Source of the DNA: Bacteroidia bacterium
Lineage (GTDB): Bacteria; Bacteroidota; Bacteroidia; Palsa-965
Reading direction: 5' to 3'
DNA: 64,000 nt
Assembly (NCBI GenBank): GCA_039918435.1
Contig: JBDSHN010000085.1
Coordinates: 12,666 to 76,665 of the forward strand
Under the pieces are notes generated by a model. The model was not told the origin of the DNA. It searched no databases and was given only the letters and a program-made list of their open reading frames with translations. Positions 18,591 to 29,565 of the stretch are shown piece by piece. The position numbers and the translations under genes are program-made. Each line of letters starts with the position of its first letter. Within the stretch, counting starts at the first letter, position 1.

Positions 18591-18701
18591 ATTAAACTAT
18601 GTCTTATATGTCGCCTTTTGAAAGGGAAAACGTTTTCCGGGTTTTTAAATAATACGAATTGCAGTTCGTATATTCGTAAAAATCCGTAATTCGTACTTCC
18701 T

Positions 18702-19586
18702 ATGAAAAAAGCATACATCTTCCCCGGGCAAGGATCTCAGTTTCCGGGCATGGCAAAAGATCTTTATGAATCCAATCCGCTTGCAAAAGAAATGCTTGAA
18801 AAAGCAAATACAATTCTCGGCTTCCGTATTACTGATATCATGTTCAACGGAACAGAAGAAGAATTGAAGCAGACAAAAGTCACACAGCCTGCAATCTTTT
18901 TACATTCCGTTGTGCTCGCAGCGACATTGGGAGAATCGTTCAAACCGGATATGGTGGCAGGACATTCACTCGGAGAATTTTCCGCACTCGTTGCCAATCA
19001 GACACTGAGCTTTGAAGATGCGCTTGTGCTGGTTTCAAAACGTGCCCTTGCGATGCAAAAAGCGTGTGAAGCAAATCCTTCCACCATGGCAGCCGTACTT
19101 GGTATGGAGGATGCAAAAGTGGAAGAAATATGTGCAACCATTTCAGATGATATTGTTGTTGCCGCAAATTATAATTGTCCCGGTCAACTCGTTATTTCCG
19201 GATCTGTTTCCGGTGTTACAAAAGCATGTGAATTGTTGAAAGCTGCCGGGGCAAAACGTGCCTTATTGCTTCCTGTTGGCGGCGGATTTCATTCGCCCTG
19301 CATGGAACCCGCACGTGTGGAATTAGAAGCAGCGATCAAAGCAACAAATTTCAAAACTCCGATCTGCCCGGTTTATCAGAACGTAAATGCAAAACCGACA
19401 ATTGATCCGTCTGAAATTCAAATTAACCTCAGTGCTCAATTGACAGCCCCGGTGCGCTGGACACAAACCGTGCAAAACATGGTCACTGACGGCGCAACAA
19501 ACTTTGTGGAAATTGGTCCCGGAAAAGTGCTGCAGGGATTGGTGAAAAAAATTGATCCGGGCGTGGAAGCTTCAAGCGGGCAGTAG
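18702..19586 (+). CDS. fabD: malonyl CoA-ACP transacylase
   Basis: AYIFPGQGSQ and GHSLGE active-site motifs. Confidence 0.85.
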   Translation: MKKAYIFPGQGSQFPGMAKDLYESNPLAKEMLEKANTILGFRITDIMFNGTEEELKQTKVTQPAIFLHSVVLAATLGESFKPDMVAGHSLGEFSALVANQTLSFEDALVLVSKRALAMQKACEANPSTMAAVLGMEDAKVEEICATISDDIVVAANYNCPGQLVISGSVSGVTKACELLKAAGAKRALLLPVGGGFHSPCMEPARVELEAAIKATNFKTPICPVYQNVNAKPTIDPSEIQINLSAQLTAPVRWTQTVQNMVTDGATNFVEIGPGKVLQGLVKKIDPGVEASSGQ

Positions 19587-19681
19587 GCCGTTTTAAGTTT
19601 TCGGTTGTCTTTACGCTTAACAGGTTTTCAATCACTCTCAAATTCACAATTTTTTTCCTGAAATAGAGTTATATTTATACT

Positions 19682-20290
19682 ATGAAAAGGCTGTTAACTT
19701 GTTTAGGATTTTTATTGCTGTTGTCGACTGCGAATGCCCAGTTTTTCCAGGGTTTCGGAATAATGGCAGGCGGCACTTTAGGTCGTCAGAAATGGCAAAC
19801 GCAGCTAAATGAAGATTTTAAACATAAATATTTGTTGCGCTACAATGCAGAGATCTTTGCTGAGTTGGGTTCTCATCCGACTTTTCGTTGGGTAACGGAA
19901 TTACAATACAACGTAAAAGGTTCTAAGTTCGTAACCAGCGATCAGACAACAAAATTTGTAAATCAATATGCAGCGTGGAATAATTACCTGATGATCCGAA
20001 AAGAACTTTTTGCAATTATTCCGTATGTCAAAGTCGGGCCGCGTGCAGAATATGTTTTTAAAACTGACCAGGATTTTAAAAAATTGCATTTTACCGGAGC
20101 GCTCGGTGCAGGAATTGAATTTGTTGCTTACGGACCGGTAAAATTCATCACCGAAGCGTGGTGGGTTCCTGATCTTTCAAAATCATATAACACAGCAGGT
20201 TTTGAAATCAAACAACACGCATGGGAATTACGCGTCGGCATAAAATTCACAGGAAGAACCGGCGAAGCTTGTCCAAAAGTTTACAAATAA
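19682..20290 (+). CDS. hypothetical secreted/outer-membrane protein
   Basis: Signal peptide LLLLSTANAQ and alternating amphipathic beta-strand pattern. Confidence 0.4.
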   Translation: MKRLLTCLGFLLLLSTANAQFFQGFGIMAGGTLGRQKWQTQLNEDFKHKYLLRYNAEIFAELGSHPTFRWVTELQYNVKGSKFVTSDQTTKFVNQYAAWNNYLMIRKELFAIIPYVKVGPRAEYVFKTDQDFKKLHFTGALGAGIEFVAYGPVKFITEAWWVPDLSKSYNTAGFEIKQHAWELRVGIKFTGRTGEACPKVYK

Positions 20291-20393
20291 GATTTATATA
20301 ATTCTCTTTTCTGCAAACTTTTCTGTGACAGCAATTCGCGCCAGAATTTTCAATCTTGAATTTTGTCCATTGGATCCATACGGGGAATATTGA

Positions 20394-22130
20394 ATGTTGC
20401 AGCTACGGATCTTCATTTTAGCATTACTCTTCCCTGCACTTCTCTGCGGACAAAAATCTTATTCCCTTAAAATCATTGAAACAGGAAATGAGAACGCGAT
20501 AAAACACATCAGCTATAAGGAAAATTTTTCTTCCGTTCAGTCAAGAGAAAAAGAAATGCAAAGTGTGCTGAAGGTGCTTTGGAACAGCGCTTACCTTGCA
20601 GCACGTTACGACAGCATTCGCATGGATTCTCTTTCTGTGACTGCCTTCCTTAATCCCGGCTTAAAACACAAATGGGCGAAGGTGAAAAAAGGAAACGTGG
20701 ATGAAAACATTCTTGGAGAAATCGGTTTTCGCGAAAAGCATTGGAGAGACCGTCCGCTGAAATTTAATGAAGCCGGAAAACTACAGGAAGATATTCTCAA
20801 CTGGTGCGAAAACAATGGTTACCCGTTTGCTGCTGTTCGTCTTGATAGTGTTGATTTTATAAATGACCAGACGATCAGTGCGCAATTGCACCTGGATAAA
20901 AACCGTTACACGAGGATTGACAGCATTGATGTAAAAGGGAATCTTAGCCTTTCAAAACAATTTCTTTACAATTATATCGGCATTGCTCCCGGCGATGCGT
21001 ATGATGAAAGTAAATTGCAGGCCACAAGCAAACGATTGAAAGAACTTTCGTTTGCAAGAGAAACAAAATCGTACACAATCCTCTTTACAGAAAAATATAC
21101 CAAGCTTACGTTGTTCCTCGACAAAAAACGCTCCGGACAGTTTGATGGTATTCTCGGATTTTTACCGGACAGCAGGACAGGAAAAATTCTTTTCACGGGT
21201 GATGCACGGCTTCGGTTGCAAAACAGTTTTGCTCACGGAGAGATCATCGAGTTGAACTGGCGAAAATTGCAGGAACAGACGCAGGATCTCAAAGCGCATT
21301 TTAATTACCCGTATTTATTCCGCACACCGGTTGGAATTGATTACGCCATAAAATTGTATCGCCGCGATACGACTTTCCTGGATGTAAATCAGACCTTAGG
21401 ATTGCAATATTTATTTTCTGCGAATACCAGCATCAACACTTTTGTAAAACGCAGGAGCTCCAACCTGCTTTCCACGTATGGCCTGGAAAATCTGACGGTG
21501 CTTCCTGCGTATGCGGATATCAGCACAACCTCTTACGGAATTGGTTTTCATCATGAGCAGTTGGATTATCGTTTCAATCCTAGAAAAGGTTTTTCATTTA
21601 CCATCATCAATGATATCGGAAACCGGAATATCAGGAGAAATGCAAAGCTGAACCCGGTGATCTATGAAAACCTGACACTTAAGTCAACACAATACAGCGG
21701 AGAATTACTTCTCGATAAATTCTGGCCGATCGGAAAACGGAGCACAATAAAAACCGGTGTGCAGTCTGCATGGCTTTACAACAGCGCGGCTATTTTCAGG
21801 AATGAATTATTTCGAATCGGCGGATTAAAAACATTGCGGGGATTTGATGAAGAATCAATTTATGCATCAAGCTTTGCAATCGGAACAGTAGAATACCGTT
21901 ACCAGCTCGAACAGAATTCCTGGTTCTTTGTTTTTGCCGACGGATGCTGGTATGAAAATATTTCGCAGGGACATTACAATACCGATAAGCCTTTCGGATT
22001 CGGAACCGGTGTAACATTTGAAACCAAAGCCGGAATTTTTGCCATGACGTATGCCCTGGGAAGTCAGCAGGGAAATCCGATACAGTTTAAGGATGGAAAA
22101 ATACATGTAGGATTTGTGGGATTGTTTTAA
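20394..22130 (+). CDS. outer-membrane beta-barrel protein, Omp85/BamA-TamA-like (tentative)
   Basis: Signal peptide, 578 aa, C-terminal ...HVGFVGLF ending in Phe, which is the outer-membrane barrel signature. Confidence 0.35.
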   Translation: MLQLRIFILALLFPALLCGQKSYSLKIIETGNENAIKHISYKENFSSVQSREKEMQSVLKVLWNSAYLAARYDSIRMDSLSVTAFLNPGLKHKWAKVKKGNVDENILGEIGFREKHWRDRPLKFNEAGKLQEDILNWCENNGYPFAAVRLDSVDFINDQTISAQLHLDKNRYTRIDSIDVKGNLSLSKQFLYNYIGIAPGDAYDESKLQATSKRLKELSFARETKSYTILFTEKYTKLTLFLDKKRSGQFDGILGFLPDSRTGKILFTGDARLRLQNSFAHGEIIELNWRKLQEQTQDLKAHFNYPYLFRTPVGIDYAIKLYRRDTTFLDVNQTLGLQYLFSANTSINTFVKRRSSNLLSTYGLENLTVLPAYADISTTSYGIGFHHEQLDYRFNPRKGFSFTIINDIGNRNIRRNAKLNPVIYENLTLKSTQYSGELLLDKFWPIGKRSTIKTGVQSAWLYNSAAIFRNELFRIGGLKTLRGFDEESIYASSFAIGTVEYRYQLEQNSWFFVFADGCWYENISQGHYNTDKPFGFGTGVTFETKAGIFAMTYALGSQQGNPIQFKDGKIHVGFVGLF

Positions 22131-22165
22131 AGCTGTTTCTGATTATTGATAGTACCTTTGCAATC

Positions 22166-23533
22166 ATGCTGAATTTCCTATATCTCATTGCCGGAATTTG
22201 TATCGGCGGAATTATTTCCTGGCTTTTTCTCAGGGGGAAAAATACCGTTACGCAGATTGATCCGCGCACTGCTGAGCTTGACCGCCAGAATGCTGGGTTG
22301 ACAGCTCAATTAAATGCATTGACTGATGAAAGAAAACGTGCGGAAGAAAATCAAAAGGTCAGCGTTGTTAAATTGGAAGCAGACCTTGAATCAGAACGTA
22401 ACAAAGTAAGTGTGCTTACCGATCATCTTGCAAGAAAAGAAGCAGAGCTGGATGCAATTGAAAAACGTTTACACGAACAAAAAGCGGAGCTGGAAAATCT
22501 GCAAAAACAATTCACGGAAAAATTCGAAAATTTAGCGAACCGCATCTTCGAAGAGAAATCGAAAAAATTCACCGAGCAGAACAAAACGCAGCTGGATGAT
22601 CTGCTGAAGCCTCTTGGTGAAAAAATAAAAGATTTTGAAAAGAAGGTGACGGATGTGTATACGGATGAAACCAAAGAGCGTGCAACCTTAAAAGGAGAGA
22701 TCACAAAGCTATTCGAGCTTAACCAGCAAATGGCGAAAGAAGCGAATAACCTTACACGTGCGCTTAAAGGTGAAACAAAAACGCAGGGCAATTGGGGCGA
22801 GCTTATCCTCGAAACCATCCTTGAAAAATCAGGTTTAAAAAGAGGGTACGAATACCTTGCACAAGGAGCTTATACAACAGCGGAAGGAAAACGTGTGCTT
22901 CCCGATATTGTTATTAATCTTCCGGATGGAAAACATATCGTTCTCGATTCTAAAGTTTCACTGGTTGCTTATGAACGTTATTTTTCTGCAACAGAATCCG
23001 ATGATGAAAAAGCTGTTGCATTAAAAGAACATATTGTTTCGGTGAGAAAGCACATGAAAGATCTTTCAGAGAAGAATTACCAATCGCTTTACAGCCTGAA
23101 TTCGATCGATTTTGTTTTGCTGTTTATGCCGGTGGAAACTGCATTCAGCCTCGCACTTCATTCCGACCAGGATTTATTTCATGATGCGATTGGAAGAAAC
23201 GTTGTTATTGTTTCACCTTCAACACTGCTTGCAACATTAAAAACCATTTCTTATTTGTGGACGCAGGAAAAGCAGAACAGGAATGTGATTCAAATTGCAG
23301 ATGAAGCGGCAAGCATGTATGAAAAATTTGTCGGATTTACAGAAGCACTGATAGACATCGGCAAAAAAATGGATGACAGCAAAAAATCGTATGAAGCAGC
23401 AATGGGGCGTTTGAGCACCGGCCCCGGCAATGTGGTAAAGCGTATTGAAAATCTGAAAAAACTGGGTTTAAAAGTTACAAAATCCCTGGATCAGAAACTG
23501 ATTGATCGTTCCGAAGAAACCACGCAGGATTAA
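22166..23533 (+). CDS. rmuC: DNA recombination protein RmuC
   Basis: N-terminal TM, a long coiled-coil, then the conserved GNWGELILETILE RmuC core. Confidence 0.75.
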   Translation: MLNFLYLIAGICIGGIISWLFLRGKNTVTQIDPRTAELDRQNAGLTAQLNALTDERKRAEENQKVSVVKLEADLESERNKVSVLTDHLARKEAELDAIEKRLHEQKAELENLQKQFTEKFENLANRIFEEKSKKFTEQNKTQLDDLLKPLGEKIKDFEKKVTDVYTDETKERATLKGEITKLFELNQQMAKEANNLTRALKGETKTQGNWGELILETILEKSGLKRGYEYLAQGAYTTAEGKRVLPDIVINLPDGKHIVLDSKVSLVAYERYFSATESDDEKAVALKEHIVSVRKHMKDLSEKNYQSLYSLNSIDFVLLFMPVETAFSLALHSDQDLFHDAIGRNVVIVSPSTLLATLKTISYLWTQEKQNRNVIQIADEAASMYEKFVGFTEALIDIGKKMDDSKKSYEAAMGRLSTGPGNVVKRIENLKKLGLKVTKSLDQKLIDRSEETTQD

Positions 23534-24817
23534 ATGCTGAAAAATAAAAATATAATTGTCCTTCTTATTTTATCTTCTGCAGTTTTTATTGCGTGGAGCT
23601 GCAGAACGAATTCCGGCACTTCTGTAACAAGGCAGAATTTCGCTTCCCAATATTACAGCGATCAAAAAGTAATGCGCCCGGAGTATGTGCTGCATAATGT
23701 TACTGATAGCATGTCGCGGATGTATTTTTCTGTTAACTCTTCAGAATTGCTTTACCAGAAAAATAATTACGATGAGGGCTACACCGCAAGAATTATCCTG
23801 ACCTATATTGTTCACCCGGTTGCGTTTCCGAAAATACTTACCGATAGTGGCCGCGTTGTGCTTTCCGATGTTGGTCAGCCCGGCGTTTCAAAGTTGCTTG
23901 CTTCTCACGTCGACATGGATATTTATGACACCGACGAATATTATATTGAAGTTATTTTCCGTGATCTGAATAAAATGACGTCGAGTTTCGAGCTTCTTTA
24001 CCTTGATCACAGTGGAAAAAATGCAAGAAATAATTTTCTGTTGACATCCGAAAACTCAGACACACCGCTTTATAAAACGCATATTGCAAAAGAGGAAAAA
24101 TTCAGCATCCGTTATTACAGTGAAAACTTTTCGGTGCTGTACGTTTCCTGGTATAAGAATAAAACCGGCCCTGCTCCTCCGCCCTACTCCACGAATGAAA
24201 GACACAACTCTGCTAAACCCGACAGCACGTGGAAAATAAATGTAACGCTTCACGATGCGATAGAATTACCGAACGAAGGTTTTTACACGTTCAGCATTGA
24301 TTCCACATCTAAAACCGGCATAACACTCACACGCTTTCACGAAGAATATCCGAAAATTCTCATTGCGCGGCAATTGGTTTACCCGTTACGTTACCTCACC
24401 ATGCGCGATGAATATATTGCGATGGATACGGCACGGAATGTAAAAAAAGCCGTTGACGATTTCTGGCTCAACAGTACAGGAAGCCAGGAACGCGCACGTG
24501 AAGTGATCAGGAATTTTTATAACCGTGTAGAGGCAACAAACACACTTTTCGGGACAGAGATCGAAGGCTGGAAAACTGACCGTGGAATGATTTATCTTAT
24601 TTTTGGTCCGCCCGAAAATGTTTATCGCAGCATCAATTCAGAAACATGGATTTATGGTAATGGCGGAAATACCAATGGACTTTCATTTGTGTTTGATCAC
24701 AAAAAAGATGCATTTACTGACGAGGAATTTATTCTTGTGCGAAATGTAGATTACAGAATTAACTGGATCACTGCCGTCGATTCCTGGCGGCAGGGACATG
24801 TTTATACACTACGATAA
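23534..24817 (+). CDS. GWxTD domain-containing protein
   Basis: GWKTDRGMIYLIFGPP motif near the C-terminus. N-terminal signal peptide. Confidence 0.6.
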   Translation: MLKNKNIIVLLILSSAVFIAWSCRTNSGTSVTRQNFASQYYSDQKVMRPEYVLHNVTDSMSRMYFSVNSSELLYQKNNYDEGYTARIILTYIVHPVAFPKILTDSGRVVLSDVGQPGVSKLLASHVDMDIYDTDEYYIEVIFRDLNKMTSSFELLYLDHSGKNARNNFLLTSENSDTPLYKTHIAKEEKFSIRYYSENFSVLYVSWYKNKTGPAPPPYSTNERHNSAKPDSTWKINVTLHDAIELPNEGFYTFSIDSTSKTGITLTRFHEEYPKILIARQLVYPLRYLTMRDEYIAMDTARNVKKAVDDFWLNSTGSQERAREVIRNFYNRVEATNTLFGTEIEGWKTDRGMIYLIFGPPENVYRSINSETWIYGNGGNTNGLSFVFDHKKDAFTDEEFILVRNVDYRINWITAVDSWRQGHVYTLR

Positions 24818-24857
24818 ATTGAGAAACGACAATTTTCACAAGGGAGAAACTTCTTCC

Positions 24858-25592
24858 ATGATCTACGGAATTCATGCAGTTACGGAAGCGATCCGTGCAG
24901 GCAAAGAGATTGATAAGCTTTTTCTGCAGGAAGGATTGAAAAGCGATCTTTCAGCTGAGCTGCGCAGGCTGACAAAGGAAAATAATATCATCTATGTGAT
25001 GGTTCCCGGTGCAAAGCTTGAACGCATTGCCGCCGGAAAAAATCACCAGGGCTGTGTGGCATTCCTCAGCTCGGTTTCCTACAGCAAGATCGAAAACATT
25101 CTTCCCGCTGTTTTTGAAGCAGGAAGAACACCATTGCTTTTAATTCTCGATCGCATCACCGATGTTCGGAATTTCGGAGCCATTGCACGCAGTGCAGAAT
25201 GTGCGGGAGTCGATGCAATCATCATTCCCACTCGCGGCTCGGCGCAGATCAATGCTGACGCAGTAAAAACTTCGGCAGGCGCATTGCATTCTATTCCTGT
25301 TTGCCGCGAAGACAATATCAAAGCGACACTGGAATATTTAAAAGAATCCGGTTTGCGGATTGCTTCTTGCACAGAAAAAGGAAGCACGCCGCATGCAAGC
25401 ACCGATCTTTCGGGTCCGCTTGCAATTATTATGGGTTCGGAAGAAGATGGCATTTCACCGGAATACCTGAAACGTTCTGATGTACGAATTTTAATTCCAA
25501 TGCGCGGAAAAATTTCTTCGCTGAATGTTTCTGTTGCGACAGGAATTGTTTTGTTTGAAGTTTTGCGGCAGAGGGAGATTGCTAATGATTAG
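24858..25592 (+). CDS. rlmB: 23S rRNA (guanosine-2'-O-)-methyltransferase, SpoU/RlmB family
   Basis: MIYGIHAV...GKEIDKLF N-terminus and a SpoU methylase C-terminus. The start was moved to the internal Met to avoid overlap. Confidence 0.7.
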   Translation: MIYGIHAVTEAIRAGKEIDKLFLQEGLKSDLSAELRRLTKENNIIYVMVPGAKLERIAAGKNHQGCVAFLSSVSYSKIENILPAVFEAGRTPLLLILDRITDVRNFGAIARSAECAGVDAIIIPTRGSAQINADAVKTSAGALHSIPVCREDNIKATLEYLKESGLRIASCTEKGSTPHASTDLSGPLAIIMGSEEDGISPEYLKRSDVRILIPMRGKISSLNVSVATGIVLFEVLRQREIAND

Positions 25593-25678
25593 GGCGTATT
25601 GGGTATTCAGACAGCACTCAGGAATATTTTAAATACTTTTTACTCAACATTTACTACTGAATACTCACTGCCAGCGCT

Positions 25679-27091
25679 ATGCTGAAATCATTAACCGAAA
25701 GGCAACAGCTTCTTATTCTATTATTGCTCACTGCAATAACAAGAATCCCATTCATCTTCGACGGATACGGTGTTGAAGAAGATTCATGGGGTTTAGTGGT
25801 GAATGCTTTTGAGATGAAAAATTCCGGGCATTACGTTGCTTCGCGTTTTCCCGGACATCCGTTGCAGGAATATGTTTACCGTTTTATTTATGATCAGCCT
25901 GCCCCGGTTTATAATTTATTCAGCGTGCTTGCCAGTCTTATTGCAGTTGCATTTTTCTTTAAGGCTTTAAAAAAAATTCAATTCAAAGGCGCTTTTGCAG
26001 CTGCAGTAATGTTTTGTTTTACACCGGTATTTTATATTGCCGGGACGTACACAATTGATTTTGCATGGACGGTTGCATTTGTAATGGTTTCACTTTATTA
26101 TTTGCTTGACCGTAAATTTATCATGAGTGGAATTATGTTAGGAATGGCAACCGGCTGCCGGCTGACGAGTGAAATTTTTCTCCTGCCCTGGCTCATCATT
26201 GCCTGGAATACGTTCAACTGGAAAACATCCGTGAAAGACTTTATGAAAATTGCTATTCCTGCAGTTATCATTGGCATTTTATGGTTCATTCCTGCCTACA
26301 TGAATTATGGAAAGGCATTCTTCGATTACAGCGATCAGTTTCCATATCCGTCGATTGCGAAAGTAATTTACAAAGCAAGCATAGGTGTTTTCGGATTAAC
26401 CGGAATAATCGCGTTAGTTGTATTTGGAATTATCTCGTTGAATACCTGGAGAAAAAAAGAGCTGAATCCGGTTACGCTTTTTTCTTCAGAGCGTTTATTG
26501 CTGGTTTGCGCAGTGGTAATTGGTATGCACATTGTTTCTTATTTACGCCTGCCACAGAAATCAGGCTATATGGTTCCGGCGATTCCATTCTTTATTATTT
26601 TTATTGTTTCGGGATTAAAAGAAAAGCAAATACGGATGGCTGCTTTACTTTTTATCATTGCACCATTTTTATTCAGCATCAACCTGACGGATAATTTACG
26701 CGGCGCAGCAGCTACTCCATTCGCTATGACATTTAAAGTTTCAGGCCAGGAAATTTTTCTTGACCCTTTAAGCGGTTCCGTATTTTCTGAGCGGTCAAAG
26801 CGCATCAATAAAATGAAGTATTGCGATAGTGTTATTTCTACTTTGGAAAAAATGGATACGCACTATGTTATTATTTCAGGTTGGTGGTTCAATGAAATAC
26901 AAACCTATTATTACCAGGCAGGAAATCAACCGAATCACTATTTGCGCTTCTATGAAGCGTGTGATTTTCTTTATTCATTGAAAAAAGCGAACATGGAAGT
27001 TTATTATCTTCCGGAACAGAACCTATACAATGACCAGATGTTTAACCAGCATTGTACCGACAGCCTCGCAAAACCATTCCCAACAAAATGA
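25679..27091 (+). CDS. polytopic membrane protein, GT39/PMT/ArnT-like glycosyltransferase (tentative)
   Basis: About 11 TM segments. N-terminal DGYGVEEDSWG loop resembles the PMT-family DE motif. Confidence 0.35.
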   Translation: MLKSLTERQQLLILLLLTAITRIPFIFDGYGVEEDSWGLVVNAFEMKNSGHYVASRFPGHPLQEYVYRFIYDQPAPVYNLFSVLASLIAVAFFFKALKKIQFKGAFAAAVMFCFTPVFYIAGTYTIDFAWTVAFVMVSLYYLLDRKFIMSGIMLGMATGCRLTSEIFLLPWLIIAWNTFNWKTSVKDFMKIAIPAVIIGILWFIPAYMNYGKAFFDYSDQFPYPSIAKVIYKASIGVFGLTGIIALVVFGIISLNTWRKKELNPVTLFSSERLLLVCAVVIGMHIVSYLRLPQKSGYMVPAIPFFIIFIVSGLKEKQIRMAALLFIIAPFLFSINLTDNLRGAAATPFAMTFKVSGQEIFLDPLSGSVFSERSKRINKMKYCDSVISTLEKMDTHYVIISGWWFNEIQTYYYQAGNQPNHYLRFYEACDFLYSLKKANMEVYYLPEQNLYNDQMFNQHCTDSLAKPFPTK

Positions 27092-27837
27092 ACGACAATC
27101 CGAGTTATAATAATCCGCAGCAGAACTGGAATCAGCCGCCAATACGTAAACCACAGCCTCGTAAACGTTCACCGTGGGTGCTAATCATCATTTTAATTTC
27201 CGCTATTGCAGTTGGTGGCTTATTTTATTTCGTTGCCAGTCTTGGAAAAAACGTAAGCGAAACGATCGGAAAATTTTCACATACCAGTATCGAGCGGATG
27301 AATGCTGTGGATGAAAATTCCGTGGCAAAAGCTTACACCGATCTTGCTGATATCATCAACGCAAATAGCAAGTTGCCGGATTCATTAAAATCTTCATTCA
27401 CAAAGAAGCTCAGCAATATGAAAACGCTTGCTGATGAAGCACAGCAGCTCATAAAAAAATACGATAGCGGTTTAGATGATTCGATAAATAGCCAGGGTAG
27501 CTTTTCTCCCCGCGATAAAACGATGGCCCATTGCTACCTGATTAAAACCGGTCGTGCTACAAACCTGAAAAATGCATTGACGAAATTAAAAACGAAAGCA
27601 TTCGCCGATCTGCCGCAAGAAGTTCAAGACAGCAGCATACTCGATAATTTACATGTATACGCCAATGAATCGGGTGATGATTACAAGGATAATCAGTTCA
27701 GCAATTGGGAAACTCTTCACTTTAATCAGACCTCCTCAATTGTCAGAATGAACTTCACTAAATTCGAAAAAGAGATACAAAGTTTTGAAAAAGCGATTAT
27801 CAGGAAATACCGGGATTATATTCTGGAGATGTATTAG
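27088..27837 (+). CDS. hypothetical single-pass membrane protein (Pro/Gln-rich N-terminus)
   Basis: MNDNPSYNNPQQ...PQPRKRSPWVLIIILISAIAVGG. The ATG overlaps the upstream stop (ATGA). Confidence 0.4.
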   Translation: MNDNPSYNNPQQNWNQPPIRKPQPRKRSPWVLIIILISAIAVGGLFYFVASLGKNVSETIGKFSHTSIERMNAVDENSVAKAYTDLADIINANSKLPDSLKSSFTKKLSNMKTLADEAQQLIKKYDSGLDDSINSQGSFSPRDKTMAHCYLIKTGRATNLKNALTKLKTKAFADLPQEVQDSSILDNLHVYANESGDDYKDNQFSNWETLHFNQTSSIVRMNFTKFEKEIQSFEKAIIRKYRDYILEMY

Positions 27838-28091
27838 GATGTGATTGGTTAAAGGGTGAATAGTGTCCGTCGTGGCGGAGGTGATTTTGACTGGACTTCA
27901 GGCTTATTGTTAAAAAGCTTACAATTCATACATCTCATTTCGTAATTCGTACATTTTTTATTTCTTTCGTCTTAGAAAATAACGTGGCCATGGTTGCTAT
28001 TTTTCCGTTCATCTAAATTCTATAGCGTTGAAGGGTCAATACACTTACTTTCGCACCGCAATTGTGTATACGGGTGCTTAAAACACAGAAC

Positions 28092-29318
28092 ATGAAACGT
28101 CTTATTGTATTTGCATTTACATTTTCAGTGGCAGGATTTTTATCCGCACAAAATGACAAAGGCGGTTTAAAACCCTATTCGAATCCTTTCCTCACACGCA
28201 TCCACGAAAACCTGGATAAGTACAACTCTTCTGAGAAAAAACAGGAAAAAAGATTCATGATGGATTATACGAACGTAGTGGTTCCGAAATCCATGGATGA
28301 ATTTAAAACTGTTTATACTTCGCCGGCAGTTTCACAGGGTGCAACAAATACATGCTGGTGCTTTTCAACGCTCTCTTATTATGAAACCGAAATCAACCGC
28401 ATCTCCAAACAAGACCTCCATCTTTCCCAATCGTATATTGTTTATTGGGAGTATGTGGAAAAAACGAAAGAGTTTGTTCGTACACGCGGCAACTCGGCTT
28501 TCGGTGAGGGATCAGAATCCAACGCAGTAACACGCATGATGAAGCAATATGGAATTGTTCCGTATGATTCGTACACAGGATTAAAACCCAACCAGCCTTT
28601 TTATGATCACGCAAGCTTATTCGATGAGCTGAATAAATACCTGCAGAATGTAAAAGCAAGCGGCGCATGGAATGAAGACGAAGTTGTTGCAACAGTAAAA
28701 TCAATGATGAAATCGCAGATGGGCGAACCACCGGTTGATGTAACAATTGCAGGAAAAAAAATGACTCCACAGGCTTACCTGAAAGATGTTTGCAAATTGA
28801 ATCCCGACGATTATATTGAATTCATGTCGCTGATGCAATCTCCTTATTGGACAAAAGCAGAATACGATGTGCCTGACAACTGGTGGAATTCTTCTGATTA
28901 TTATAATGTACCGCTTGATACATGGATGGATATTATAAAAAAAGGAATTAAAGCCGGCTACAGTGTTGCGATCGGCGGAGATGTTTCTGAAGGAGGAATT
29001 AATCCTGAGCTTGGTGTTGCAATGATTCCGTCGTATGATATTCCGCATGCAAACATTGATGAGAATGCACGCCAGCTTCGTTTTAGTAATGGGACAACAA
29101 CAGACGATCACGGCATTCACCTTATTGGCTGGTGTGAAAAATCAAATGGCATGTGGTTCCTTATCAAAGATTCAGGAAGCAGCAGCCGCAACAATCCACA
29201 AAACCCCGGCTATTTTTATTACCATGAAGATTTTGTGAAACTGAAGATGATGACGTTCACCATTCATAAAGATGCAGTGAAAGATGTGCTCGCAAAATTC
29301 CCTGCGACATCGAAATAA
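28092..29318 (+). CDS. C1-family (papain-like, aminopeptidase C/bleomycin-hydrolase-type) cysteine peptidase
   Basis: Signal peptide and QGATNTCWCF active-site Cys context. About 400 aa. Confidence 0.55.
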   Translation: MKRLIVFAFTFSVAGFLSAQNDKGGLKPYSNPFLTRIHENLDKYNSSEKKQEKRFMMDYTNVVVPKSMDEFKTVYTSPAVSQGATNTCWCFSTLSYYETEINRISKQDLHLSQSYIVYWEYVEKTKEFVRTRGNSAFGEGSESNAVTRMMKQYGIVPYDSYTGLKPNQPFYDHASLFDELNKYLQNVKASGAWNEDEVVATVKSMMKSQMGEPPVDVTIAGKKMTPQAYLKDVCKLNPDDYIEFMSLMQSPYWTKAEYDVPDNWWNSSDYYNVPLDTWMDIIKKGIKAGYSVAIGGDVSEGGINPELGVAMIPSYDIPHANIDENARQLRFSNGTTTDDHGIHLIGWCEKSNGMWFLIKDSGSSSRNNPQNPGYFYYHEDFVKLKMMTFTIHKDAVKDVLAKFPATSK

Positions 29319-29363
29319 TTACCAACAACAAACCCCAACCTGAACCCCTGTTGTTTTCCCCGG

Positions 29364-29394
29364 GTCCCGCTCTGTTCAGAGCGGGACTTTTTTA
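29364..29394 (+). terminator. rho-independent terminator (GTCCCGCTCTG/CAGAGCGGGAC + T6)
   Basis: Perfect 11-bp stem followed by a T-run, after the C1 peptidase gene. Confidence 0.7.
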
Positions 29395-29565
29395 TTGCGG
29401 GTGATTAAACCAACGCAGGTTCATGGCATCTATAAAGCAGGTCATGCAGTGAAGGGAGTTTGTCCGCAGATTTTCGCGCATTCCGCAAAGATTACGCAGA
29501 ATCTTTCAGTGCTGCATTGTAAAACGTTATTTCGACATTCATTCAAATGAGGTAATTTCGCTGTT

